DNA of 39,784 bases from a virus (Duplodnaviria; Caudoviricetes), in the IMG/VR virus record IMGVR_UViG_3300005764_000036, positions 1 to 39,784 of that record; one strand, 5' to 3'. The translations under genes were made by a program, and so were the position numbers. The notes beneath the pieces are model-generated. The model worked only from the letters and a program-made list of their open reading frames with translations. It did not search any database and was not told where the DNA came from. Position 1 is the first letter of the stretch. Every line of letters starts with the position of its first letter. This document shows positions 18,426 to 26,414 of this stretch, piece by piece.

Positions 18426-21400
18426 TGATGCGAACACTTCTTGCGCTCGTGGCGGCCGTCCTCCTGGCGGCGGCGCCGGCGGCGGCGCAAACGACACTTT
18501 CGGCGGATCGGTTGTATCTCGGGCCGAGCTCGGCCTGTCTCCTCCGGACCGGCGCCGGCGCGCCGACGGGCGGCGCCGCGTGCGAGGTGTATCTCGAGAC
18601 GGGCGCCGGCGATCTATGGATCAAAGTCGGGGCGACGTGGATCAACGTCTCGAAGATCGTTGACGTCGCGCGTGGCGGGACGGGCGTCTCGACGCTCGCG
18701 GCCAATGGGGTCCTCTACGGCAACGGGACGGCGCCGATCGGCGTCACGGCGGCGCCGGCGGCCAATAGCGTCCTCGTCGGCAATGCCGGGCCGCCGGCGT
18801 TCTCGAGCTCGCCGACGGTGAACGCGATCGCGGCGCTCTCGAGCGTCTCAACGCCGCTCGTCTCGGCGTCCGGGGCCTTGACGCTCCGGCCGACGGGCTC
18901 AATCGTGCTCGATCCGCAATCGCGGACCGTGGTCCCGGCGAGCAACTATACGGTGTCGTTCGGCGCGCCGGAGGCGAAATTTCTGGCGTTACATTTGGGC
19001 GAATTGTGGACCGAGAACCTCGTCGCGCAAGACGTCCTCGCAACGATCGGCGGGCGCGTGATGGTGGCGCCGACGACACTCCTCACGGCGGATCTGGCGC
19101 CAGGCGCGACGTCGATTACGGTCAAGCATAACAATCTGCAATCCGGCGATCGGTTGTTCCTGCAAGCGGCGCCGGGCGGTATTCCGCAAGTCGAATTTCT
19201 CGCGGTGAGCTCGAGCGCCTCGGGGACGGCCGGCGCGTACGTCTATCAAGTGACGCGCAATCTTGACGGCTCCGGCGCGAATCAGTGGTACAGCGGAGAT
19301 GCGGTCGTCAATACCGGGTCGGCCGGCAAAGGCTTTATCGATCTGTACGCGCTCTCCGGCATCTTGACCGGCTACGGGCCGACGATCGTCGGCCAGGTGC
19401 GGACCGGGCCGGCGTTTAATGCGATTGCGCCGCGGTGGGCGCTCGGCAATCTCAATAATGTCGGGTATGGCTATAACTTCGACGTCTACGGCGCCGCGTT
19501 CGGCGATGGGGCCGGGATCAATCTGACGATCGATACCGTCAACGGATTCCGGGTGCGGAACGCGACGACGGAATACATTCGGCTCGATACGGCCGGGAAT
19601 GCGACGTTTAGCGGGACGGTCTTCGCGGCGGCGGGCACGATCGGCGGGTTTCAAATTGGCGCGGATTCTTTGCGGGATACGGGCGATACGTTCGGCCTGG
19701 CGTCAACGGTCACGGGCGGCGATGACGTCCGATTTTGGGCCGGCGCGACGTACGCCAATCGGGCAACGGCGCCGCTCCGATTGCTCGAGTCGGGCGCGAT
19801 GGTAATCAATAACGGGACATTTACCGGCAACGGCGCCGGCGTAACGAATATCAACGGCGGCAACATTCAAACGGGGACGGTCACGGCGACGCAAATAAGC
19901 GCGGGGGCGGTGACGGCGGACAAGATCGCGTCCGGTACCGGAACGAATCAGATCGCCAATAGCGAATGCAAAAACGGTTTAGAAGGATGGTTGCCGACGT
20001 ATAACACGCCGGCGCCGACGTATGGAATTTCGATCGGGTCGCCGTTTCAATTCGACGATGTTCCTGGGACCTGTTGGGCGCAAGCGCAGGGAACATCGGC
20101 CGGACAGATTTACGGATGGGCGAGTCCGATGTATCCGGCGCAAGCGGGCAAACGCTATGAAGCGAGCGCCTATTTGGGCAATCTGTGGACGTCGATTCAA
20201 GGCGCCAGTCGCGTTTATCTCAAGTTTGTGGATAGTACCGGCGCGGCCATTTCGACGACGACGGGCAATCCATGCGGCGATCAAATGACGGAGGGCCGGT
20301 ACCTGTACGGGTGGTGTCGATCGAGTGTATTAACGACGGCGCCGGCGGGGACAGTGCGCGCGCAAGTCCTCATGTATCAAACGCATGATGTCGGGCAAGC
20401 CAATTCGTATTTCTTTTTCGTGCGGGCCATGCTGGCGGAAGCCAAGCCAAATCAGACGGAAGTGTCCGAGTGGACGCCGGCCGGCCTCACGGAGATTACC
20501 GGCGGGATCATTAAGACGGGTGCGATTCAAGCGAATCATATTGCGGCCGGCGCGATTACGGCCGACAAGATCGCGGCCGGGACGATTACCGGCGACAAGA
20601 TCGCCGGGTCGACGATTACCGGAACGAACATTGCCGGCGGGACGATCACGGGTGGCCATGTCGCGGCCAACACGATCACGGGCGGGAATATTGCGGCCGA
20701 TTCGATCACGTCGGCACATATCGCAGCCGGAACGATTACGGCCTCCGACATTGCGACGTCGACGATCACGGGGGATCGCCTGGCGGGGCGGACCGTCACG
20801 GCCGGCAATATCGCGACGAACACGATCACGGCGACGGAGATCGCCGGCGGATCGATCACGGCCGATAAACTCTCCGTCTCGAGCCTGTCGGCCATTTCGG
20901 CGAATCTCGGCACGGTGACGGCCGGCAACATTTCCGGCAACACGATCACGGGCGGATCGATTTCGGGGACGAACATTACCGGATCGACGATCAACGCCGG
21001 CGGCGGGAATGGCGTCACCTTAGACAACGGTGGAATGAAACTCGGCGACGGCGGCGGCGCCGCGGAGGCGCGGATCAAGTTCTCGAATGGCGCCGTCGAA
21101 TTGTGGGGCAATTCGGCGGGCACGATGATCGATAGCGGGAATCTCGACGTCAACGGCAACGGGCATGTGTTCGGGTTTCTCACGGTCGACGGCACGTTCC
21201 GCCTCAACGGCGCGACGACGGGTCAATTTCATCTCGGCGATCATTTGCACTTCAACGGCGGCCAAACAATCTATTGGGACGCGCAGCCGCAGGCCGCCGG
21301 CGGCGGGTTTCCGCTCTGGTTTGACACGGGCTGTAATTGCATGGCGCGGAGTACCTCGTCGGCGCGCTACAAGACGAACCTCCGGCCGTGGGCGCCGGCC

Positions 21401-21715
21401 GATGCGATGGCGCTCCTCGAGCTGCCGCTCTATCGGTACGATTTCAAGGCGGATCCAGGGATCTCGACGGGCGCGCGCGATCGCGTCGGCGTCCTGGCCG
21501 AGGATCTAGCCCTTGTCGCGCCCGATGCCGTGATTCGGGATCCGGACGGCCGGCCGGACGGCGTCTTAATGGATTCCTTCAATGCGTACCTGGTGGCGGC
21601 GCTCCGCGCGATGCGCGATCGCGTCGCGAAAGTCGAGGCGCTCGAGGCGCGGATCGCGGAACTCGAGAAAACGATCGCGCGCCTCGAGGCGGCGCGCGGC
21701 GGGGGGAAACAATGA
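18425..21715 (+). CDS. Tail fibre/spike with C-terminal S74 intramolecular chaperone and N-terminal signal-peptide-like leader
   Basis: 1096 aa; VARGGTG motif, decapeptide repeats, TSSARYKTNL autocleavage motif, GVLAEDL and terminal coiled coil; leader MMRTLLALVAAVLLAAAPAAA-Q. Confidence 0.88.
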   Translation: MMRTLLALVAAVLLAAAPAAAQTTLSADRLYLGPSSACLLRTGAGAPTGGAACEVYLETGAGDLWIKVGATWINVSKIVDVARGGTGVSTLAANGVLYGNGTAPIGVTAAPAANSVLVGNAGPPAFSSSPTVNAIAALSSVSTPLVSASGALTLRPTGSIVLDPQSRTVVPASNYTVSFGAPEAKFLALHLGELWTENLVAQDVLATIGGRVMVAPTTLLTADLAPGATSITVKHNNLQSGDRLFLQAAPGGIPQVEFLAVSSSASGTAGAYVYQVTRNLDGSGANQWYSGDAVVNTGSAGKGFIDLYALSGILTGYGPTIVGQVRTGPAFNAIAPRWALGNLNNVGYGYNFDVYGAAFGDGAGINLTIDTVNGFRVRNATTEYIRLDTAGNATFSGTVFAAAGTIGGFQIGADSLRDTGDTFGLASTVTGGDDVRFWAGATYANRATAPLRLLESGAMVINNGTFTGNGAGVTNINGGNIQTGTVTATQISAGAVTADKIASGTGTNQIANSECKNGLEGWLPTYNTPAPTYGISIGSPFQFDDVPGTCWAQAQGTSAGQIYGWASPMYPAQAGKRYEASAYLGNLWTSIQGASRVYLKFVDSTGAAISTTTGNPCGDQMTEGRYLYGWCRSSVLTTAPAGTVRAQVLMYQTHDVGQANSYFFFVRAMLAEAKPNQTEVSEWTPAGLTEITGGIIKTGAIQANHIAAGAITADKIAAGTITGDKIAGSTITGTNIAGGTITGGHVAANTITGGNIAADSITSAHIAAGTITASDIATSTITGDRLAGRTVTAGNIATNTITATEIAGGSITADKLSVSSLSAISANLGTVTAGNISGNTITGGSISGTNITGSTINAGGGNGVTLDNGGMKLGDGGGAAEARIKFSNGAVELWGNSAGTMIDSGNLDVNGNGHVFGFLTVDGTFRLNGATTGQFHLGDHLHFNGGQTIYWDAQPQAAGGGFPLWFDTGCNCMARSTSSARYKTNLRPWAPADAMALLELPLYRYDFKADPGISTGARDRVGVLAEDLALVAPDAVIRDPDGRPDGVLMDSFNAYLVAALRAMRDRVAKVEALEARIAELEKTIARLEAARGGGKQ
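20501..20990 (+). repeat. Tandem decapeptide repeats (AGTITADKIA-like) in the tail fibre
   Basis: AGAITADKIA AGTITGDKIA GSTITGTNIA GGTITGGHVA ANTITGGNIA and so on, about 12 copies plus pentapeptide decay; two more near 19870-19930. Confidence 0.9.
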
Positions 21716-22035
21716 AATCGATCAAGTTCTTTTTCGTCGGCCTCCTGATTGGCGCCTTGTGGGCGGTGCTGGTCGGCCAGGCACCAGCGGCGCCGGCGTC
21801 CGGCACGAAGGCCGAGACGCCGCCGGTCCTCGCCGAAGTCGATCGGTTGAAACTGATCAATGCGCTCCAGGCCGTGGAGATCGCGACGCTGAAATTTCAG
21901 GCGGCGGCGACGGAGCTGCAAACGGCGCGCGGCGCGGCCGACACGCTGATCAAGGCGGCAACGGTCCCGGGCTGGCAGCTCAACGACAAATTGGACTACG
22001 TCAAGGCGCCGGCCGGCGGGAAGGGCGACAAATGA
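21712..22035 (+). CDS. Membrane-anchored or secreted coiled-coil protein
   Basis: ATGA overlap; MKSIKFFFVGLLIGALWAVLVG leader, Pro/Ala linker, helical C-terminus. Confidence 0.8.
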   Translation: MKSIKFFFVGLLIGALWAVLVGQAPAAPASGTKAETPPVLAEVDRLKLINALQAVEIATLKFQAAATELQTARGAADTLIKAATVPGWQLNDKLDYVKAPAGGKGDK

Positions 22036-24074
22036 CGCCGAAGAATCCGACGGGGCCGTATCACGTCGCGTTGACGGTGACGGCGCCGACGGGGCAACAG
22101 TCGCGCCTCGAGGGGGATCTCACGCTGACGGATCTCGAGATTGAGGCGCCGGTGATTACGGCCGCGCCGGCCTCGCAAGTCGTGCGCGACGGCGAGACAG
22201 TCACCCTCACGGTCGAGGCCTCCGGATCGGAACCGTTGGCGTATCAGTGGGCGGTTAACGGCGCGACGATCGCGGGCGAAGCGGGGTCGGTGCTTGTCGA
22301 CGTGCCGGCCGAGGCCGTCAATACCTATCAAGTCCGCGTGTCCAACGCCGGCGGGGACGCGATCGCGGAGGCGGCCGTCGCGGTGGTGCCGGCCGTCGTC
22401 GCGCCGCGTATCGTCGGGCAACCGGCCGGCGTCACGATCACGGCTGGCCAGACGGCGACCTTGGCCGTCCAGGCGATCGGGACGGCGCCGCTGAGTTTTC
22501 AATGGTATCGGGGCGCCGAGGCGGCGATTCCCGGCGCGACAGCGCCGACGCTCGAGGGCGCGCCAGCGACGACGGCCGCCTATTGGTGTCGCGTGTCGAA
22601 CGCCGGCGGGGCCGTCGATTCGGCCGCGGCGACCGTCACCGTTCAACCGAATGGCATTCCGCCGATCAACGGCCTCGGCCTGAAATATCGTCGCAAAATT
22701 GGGCTGCCGTCCTTGTGGATGGCCTACGCGTACGGCGACCTGACGGGGCGCGTCGTCGACGGCCAGGTCCGGCTGATCTTTTCCGGCGACGTGACACAAG
22801 ACAGTCCGATCTATGAAGTCGCGATCGCCGACGATCAGCCGGTCGCCACGGTCATTCAACAGTGGTGGAATCCCTATCACGGCAAACGCGGAACCTGGGT
22901 CACGGCGACGGCGGCGCGGGAGACGGCCGCCGCGCTCCGCCAGTGGGCGATCGATCACGCCGATCCGCAATCGGCCGCGCGCGCGCGCTGGTGGGACCGC
23001 TTGGCCGGCCGACTGCCGAAGTCTGGGTACACCTGGATCGATTTCGGGACCGTCGCCGTCAACGGCACGCACTATTACCACTCGGGAAACGATCTGCTGT
23101 ATATCGGCTACGGCGATACCTACAACGTCGCGGGCCGGACCGATTGGCAGCTCCTCGCCTTGCGGCTGCATCCGGACGGGACGACGGAGGCCTTCGGGCC
23201 GTGGCGCTTCGAAGTCACGGACGGGGCCGGCGTGCGGCGCCAGGGGCCGTATGCGGCCGGCTGCGTGCGCGAAGATCCGCGGACGGGCCAGGTCATGACG
23301 GCGGTTCCGATGGGATCGGGGAACACGGCGTACCCGTGGGGCGCCAATTGCGCGACGGGCGCGCCGTGGCCGACGCCGGAGCTGCTGGCCGCGCCGGAGG
23401 CGCCGAATCTCCTCCTGACGGATCGCTGGCTCTACAGCTATTGCATGAATGGCCTGGTCGATCCGGCGTCCGGGGTGGCGGCCGGTCCGATCAAATCGGC
23501 GCGGCGCCGACGTGATCCGTACGTGTACGAATACTTTCCCGGCCAGACGGCCAGTACCCAAGTCGATCCGACGAAGTACGGCGGCGTCGGATCGTGGGGC
23601 GATAACGACTCGCTCGGTGGGATCTTTCCCCTCGAGGATCGGATCTATTTCTTCGGCGGCGTCGCCGGATCGCCGATTCAAGATCCGCACGATTGCGGCG
23701 CCGCGCATATGTGGTATGCGACGGGCCTTAATAACTTTCAGTGTTCCCACGGGTGCGGGTCGCCGGTGCAAATCACGGGGCCGGTCGCGACGGCGCGGTT
23801 TCCGTGGGCGGCCGTCTATCCGTGGGCGACGCTCGAGGCGACGAAGAATACCGATCGCGACTATGTCCCGGATCCGACGGTCGAATCGAACCTCGAGGCC
23901 GATTTCGGGATCGTCACGGCGCCGATCGATTCGGTCGGGAACGCGAAACAAAACAACGCCGGCTTTTTCAATCCGGCGACGCGGCGGTACTACACGATTG
24001 CCCACGGCGCCGATCGCGGGGAGGTGACCTTCGGCGTGATCAACGCCTACCTGCACGAATGGGAGGTCCTCTAG
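22032..24074 (+). CDS. Ig-like domain protein (two I-set-like domains plus a large unknown C-terminal domain)
   Basis: ATG 22032; PVITAAP..GETVTLTVEASGSEPLAYQW..YQVRVSNAGG repeated as PRIVGQP..GQTATLAVQAIGTAPLSFQW..YWCRVSNAGG. Confidence 0.85.
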   Translation: MTPKNPTGPYHVALTVTAPTGQQSRLEGDLTLTDLEIEAPVITAAPASQVVRDGETVTLTVEASGSEPLAYQWAVNGATIAGEAGSVLVDVPAEAVNTYQVRVSNAGGDAIAEAAVAVVPAVVAPRIVGQPAGVTITAGQTATLAVQAIGTAPLSFQWYRGAEAAIPGATAPTLEGAPATTAAYWCRVSNAGGAVDSAAATVTVQPNGIPPINGLGLKYRRKIGLPSLWMAYAYGDLTGRVVDGQVRLIFSGDVTQDSPIYEVAIADDQPVATVIQQWWNPYHGKRGTWVTATAARETAAALRQWAIDHADPQSAARARWWDRLAGRLPKSGYTWIDFGTVAVNGTHYYHSGNDLLYIGYGDTYNVAGRTDWQLLALRLHPDGTTEAFGPWRFEVTDGAGVRRQGPYAAGCVREDPRTGQVMTAVPMGSGNTAYPWGANCATGAPWPTPELLAAPEAPNLLLTDRWLYSYCMNGLVDPASGVAAGPIKSARRRRDPYVYEYFPGQTASTQVDPTKYGGVGSWGDNDSLGGIFPLEDRIYFFGGVAGSPIQDPHDCGAAHMWYATGLNNFQCSHGCGSPVQITGPVATARFPWAAVYPWATLEATKNTDRDYVPDPTVESNLEADFGIVTAPIDSVGNAKQNNAGFFNPATRRYYTIAHGADRGEVTFGVINAYLHEWEVL

Positions 24075-24796
24075 TGCTGACGGTGGTCTGCTGGCGCTGG
24101 CGGCCGCCGGCGGGCTATCGATCGAAGTATCCGGCCGTGACAGTGCTCCGGCTGCGCGACATGGTCCGGCGCCATTATCCGCGGCCGCATCGATTCGTCT
24201 GCGTCACGGACGATCCGGCCGGCCTCGAGGACGTCGAAACGATGCCGCTCTGGCCGGACGCGCACGGCATCGATCCGCCTGAGGGGCCGCAGTGGCCGTC
24301 CTGCTACGTGCGGTTACGCGCCTTCTCGGCCGAGGCGCGGAGCTGGTTCGGCGATCGGTTCGTGAGTCTCGATCTGGACACGGTCATTGTCGGCGACCTG
24401 ACGCCGATCTTCGAACGGCCGGAACCGTTCGTCATTTGGAACGAAACGGATTGGCCGTTTACGCAGTTCTACAACGCCTCGATCTGGCTCCTCACGACGG
24501 GCGCGCGGCGTCAGGTGTGGGAGACGTTCGATCCGGCGACGTCGCCGAAGATCGCGTATGACGCTGGCGGCCGCGGCGGCGATCAGGCCTGGATTTCGTA
24601 CGTCCTCGGCAAGGGCGAAGCGGTGTATACGCCGGCCGATGGCGTCCTGTCCTACCGGCGGCATATCGAACGGCGCGGGTTTCTGGCGCCGCTACCGGCT
24701 GGCGCGCGGGTGATCAATTTTCATGGCCAGGTCGATCCGTGGTCGCCGAAGGCGCAACGCCTCGCGTGGGTCCGGGAACACTGGGGCCTTGCCTAA
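24074..24796 (+). CDS. GT-A fold glycosyltransferase (GT8-like)
   Basis: GTG overlaps the upstream TAG; LTVVCWRW, RFVCVTDD, DxD motif SLDLDTVIVGDL, YNAS, GDQAWI and FHG..DPW motifs. Confidence 0.85.
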   Translation: MLTVVCWRWRPPAGYRSKYPAVTVLRLRDMVRRHYPRPHRFVCVTDDPAGLEDVETMPLWPDAHGIDPPEGPQWPSCYVRLRAFSAEARSWFGDRFVSLDLDTVIVGDLTPIFERPEPFVIWNETDWPFTQFYNASIWLLTTGARRQVWETFDPATSPKIAYDAGGRGGDQAWISYVLGKGEAVYTPADGVLSYRRHIERRGFLAPLPAGARVINFHGQVDPWSPKAQRLAWVREHWGLA

Positions 24797-25514
24797 GACA
24801 CTGCGCGCGATGTACCGGCCTCCGGCCTGGTCGACGGGACACTGTTCGACGGAGGACGTCGAATTTCTCGAGAGCTGTATCGGCGCGCAAGATCCGAATG
24901 TCGTCCTCGAGGTCGGCGTGGCGGCTGGCGCGTCGTCGGCGGCGCTCCTGTGGGCGCTGGATCAATTGCCGGACGGCGGCGCCGCGCGGGTCCTGTATTC
25001 GGTCGATCTGGCGTCCGCCTGTTATTTCAATCCGCATCGGGCGATCGGCGCGGCCGTCGCCGAGATGTATCCGGCCTACCGCGCGCGGTGGGAACTCCGG
25101 CCAGGGTCGGACGCGCGCCGGATTCGCGCGGAAGTCCCGATCGTCGATTTCGCCTTCGTCGACGCCAATCATTCGCATCCGTGGCCGCTCCTTGACGTGT
25201 TGCATGTGGCCTCGATCCTCCGGCCGCGGGCCTGGATCGCGTTGCACGATATCGTCCTGCCGCAATTGGGGTACCCGCATTACGGCGCGCAATGGCTCTT
25301 TGAGGCCTGGCCGTTCGGCAAACAACGCGGCGCCGGCGGCGCGAAGAATATCGGCGTGGTGGAGTTGCCGCGGGCGCTGGCCGATCTGGTGCCGACGGCC
25401 GTCATGCTGGTACGCGATCGCGCGTGGGAGGCGACGCCGCGCGCCGACGACGTCGATCTGGCGCCGGTGTTCGCCGAGGTGACGGCGGAATTGGCGCCGC
25501 GGCTGCGGCCGTAA
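24789..25514 (+). CDS. Class I SAM-dependent methyltransferase (Methyltransf_24-like)
   Basis: VVLEVGVAAGAS, LYSVDL, DFAFVDANHS and IALHD motifs; start at TTG 24789 or ATG 24810. Confidence 0.85.
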   Translation: MPKTLRAMYRPPAWSTGHCSTEDVEFLESCIGAQDPNVVLEVGVAAGASSAALLWALDQLPDGGAARVLYSVDLASACYFNPHRAIGAAVAEMYPAYRARWELRPGSDARRIRAEVPIVDFAFVDANHSHPWPLLDVLHVASILRPRAWIALHDIVLPQLGYPHYGAQWLFEAWPFGKQRGAGGAKNIGVVELPRALADLVPTAVMLVRDRAWEATPRADDVDLAPVFAEVTAELAPRLRP

Positions 25515-25556
25515 AGGAAAACGCCGCGCGGTTTGGCCGAAACAGATCGCGCGGCG
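25513..25556. terminator. Intrinsic terminator between convergent genes
   Basis: Stem CGCCGCGCG...CGCGCGGCG (25522-25556) preceded by AAAGGAAAA, which reads as a U-rich tail on the - strand. Confidence 0.65.
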
Positions 25557-25588
25557 CTGGTGTCGTCGGTTGGAAGGCGTCTAGTCTA

Positions 25589-25876
25589 TCACGCGAATAC
25601 CTTCAGGGCGGCGACTAGGCCACCGTAGATGGCCGTCATAGCGATCAGCGTTCCTACGTTCCATTTGATCAGGTCGGCTTTCAGCTCGGCGAGGTCGGCC
25701 TTCGTCGCCAAACGGAGTTGCGCGATTTCGGTCCGGACGCCAGCCAGATCCGGCTGGGTCGCTAGGTCGCTGCGGGCTTCGACTGGGAGGACGGCGCGGG
25801 CGGCAGCGCGGGCCGGGCCTTCGTCGATGCCGGCTTGCCGCAAGGCGTCGTAGAGTTCAGTCACCATCACAGACAT
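25589..25876 (-). CDS. DUF1640/CCDC90-like coiled-coil protein with C-terminal TM helix (moron-like)
   Basis: ELYDALRQAGIDE..A, ATKADLAELKADLIKW and hydrophobic tail; has its own GAGGA RBS. Confidence 0.82.
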   Translation of the reverse strand: MSVMVTELYDALRQAGIDEGPARAAARAVLPVEARSDLATQPDLAGVRTEIAQLRLATKADLAELKADLIKWNVGTLIAMTAIYGGLVAALKVFA

Positions 25877-25904
25877 GGGCGGGGAGTCCTCAATTCTGGC
25901 TGTT

Positions 25905-25913
25905 AGTCTAGCA
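25905..25913 (-). promoter_or_regulatory. Candidate extended -10 promoter for the DUF1640-like gene
   Basis: TGcTAGACT on the - strand, about 30 nt upstream of the ATG. Confidence 0.4.
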
Positions 25914-25941
25914 CTTCACTGGTAGCAAACTTGCTCCGGCG

Positions 25942-25974
25942 TTTTGGGGTCCATTTTGGGGTCTAAATGGGTCC
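25942..25974 (+). repeat. Left arm-type integrase binding repeats of attP
   Basis: TTTTGGGGTC at 25942 and 25954, and ATGGGTCC at 25967. Confidence 0.65.
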
Positions 25975-26096
25975 GTTTTACCCCGTATTTCTCCGTATCA
26001 CTGGCGCCCTAATTGAGACACAGATTGACGAATTTGCACCTAATTCTACGGAATAACGCGTGTATAATACGGGTTAGTGAGACGCGCGGTAAGGCT

Positions 26097-26141
26097 CTCC
26101 TAAGACGGACGTCGCCGGTTCGAATCCGGCCGGGCGCACCA
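26097..26141 (+). other. attP: attP core = 3' half of tRNA-Arg(CCT)
   Basis: Anticodon loop CTCCTAA, GACGG, variable loop ACGTC, T arm GCCGG-TTCGAAT-CCGGC, acceptor CGGGCGC-A-CCA. No 5' half. Lies upstream of the integrase. Confidence 0.9.
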
Positions 26142-26209
26142 CAAAACGTCAATGTTTACGGGGGTCAATCGCATGTTTTGGAAAACGGGCCGAATCGGCA
26201 AAACGGCTC

Positions 26210-26229
26210 TGGGGTCCGATTTGGGGTCT
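26210..26229 (+). repeat. Right arm-type integrase binding repeats of attP
   Basis: TGGGGTCC (26210) and TTTGGGGTCT (26220); also GGGGGTC at 26160. Same motif as the left arm. Confidence 0.65.
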
Positions 26230-26240
26230 GGGGGCTGAGG

Positions 26241-26414
26241 ATGGATAGCCATATTTGGCGGCTTGGGAATTGGGAAATCTTGTTTAGGTGGTCACACTGG
26301 CTGTGGGGATGGACCCCGATCGCACAAGTCGGGCGCTATTTCGCGATCGGGCCGCTCCGAATCATTCGGCTTCCCAAAACGTCCAGACGCGAGGGCGGAC
26401 GACATGCGTCTTAA
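26241..26414 (+). CDS. Small Trp-rich hypothetical protein
   Basis: ATG 26241, 57 aa, stop overlaps the integrase start. Confidence 0.4.
   Translation: MDSHIWRLGNWEILFRWSHWLWGWTPIAQVGRYFAIGPLRIIRLPKTSRREGGRHAS

Noticed and set aside
16758-18497. 579-aa antisense ORF
   Set aside because: Shadow frame of the tail hub gene; no motifs.
20501-20990. CRISPR-like or DGR repeat array
   Set aside because: Degenerate 30-nt in-frame coding repeats with no spacers; no cas or reverse transcriptase gene seen.
21712-22035. Confident i-spanin call
   Set aside because: Topology fits, but I found no overlapping or adjacent o-spanin lipoprotein or endolysin.
21996-24056. 686-aa antisense ORF
   Set aside because: Shadow frame of the Ig-domain gene; Arg-rich and featureless.
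25924-25933. AGCAAACTTG matching the reverse complement at 28290-28299
   Set aside because: A single 10-bp match in opposite orientation relative to the genes; could be chance.
26025-26068. Full sigma70 promoter at TATAAT 26063
   Set aside because: Nearby TTGACG and TTGCAC hexamers are not at 16-18 bp spacing; kept only as a candidate in the attP finding.
26097-26141. Complete tRNA gene
   Set aside because: Only the 3' half is present; there is no D arm or matching 5' acceptor strand. Called as the attP core instead.
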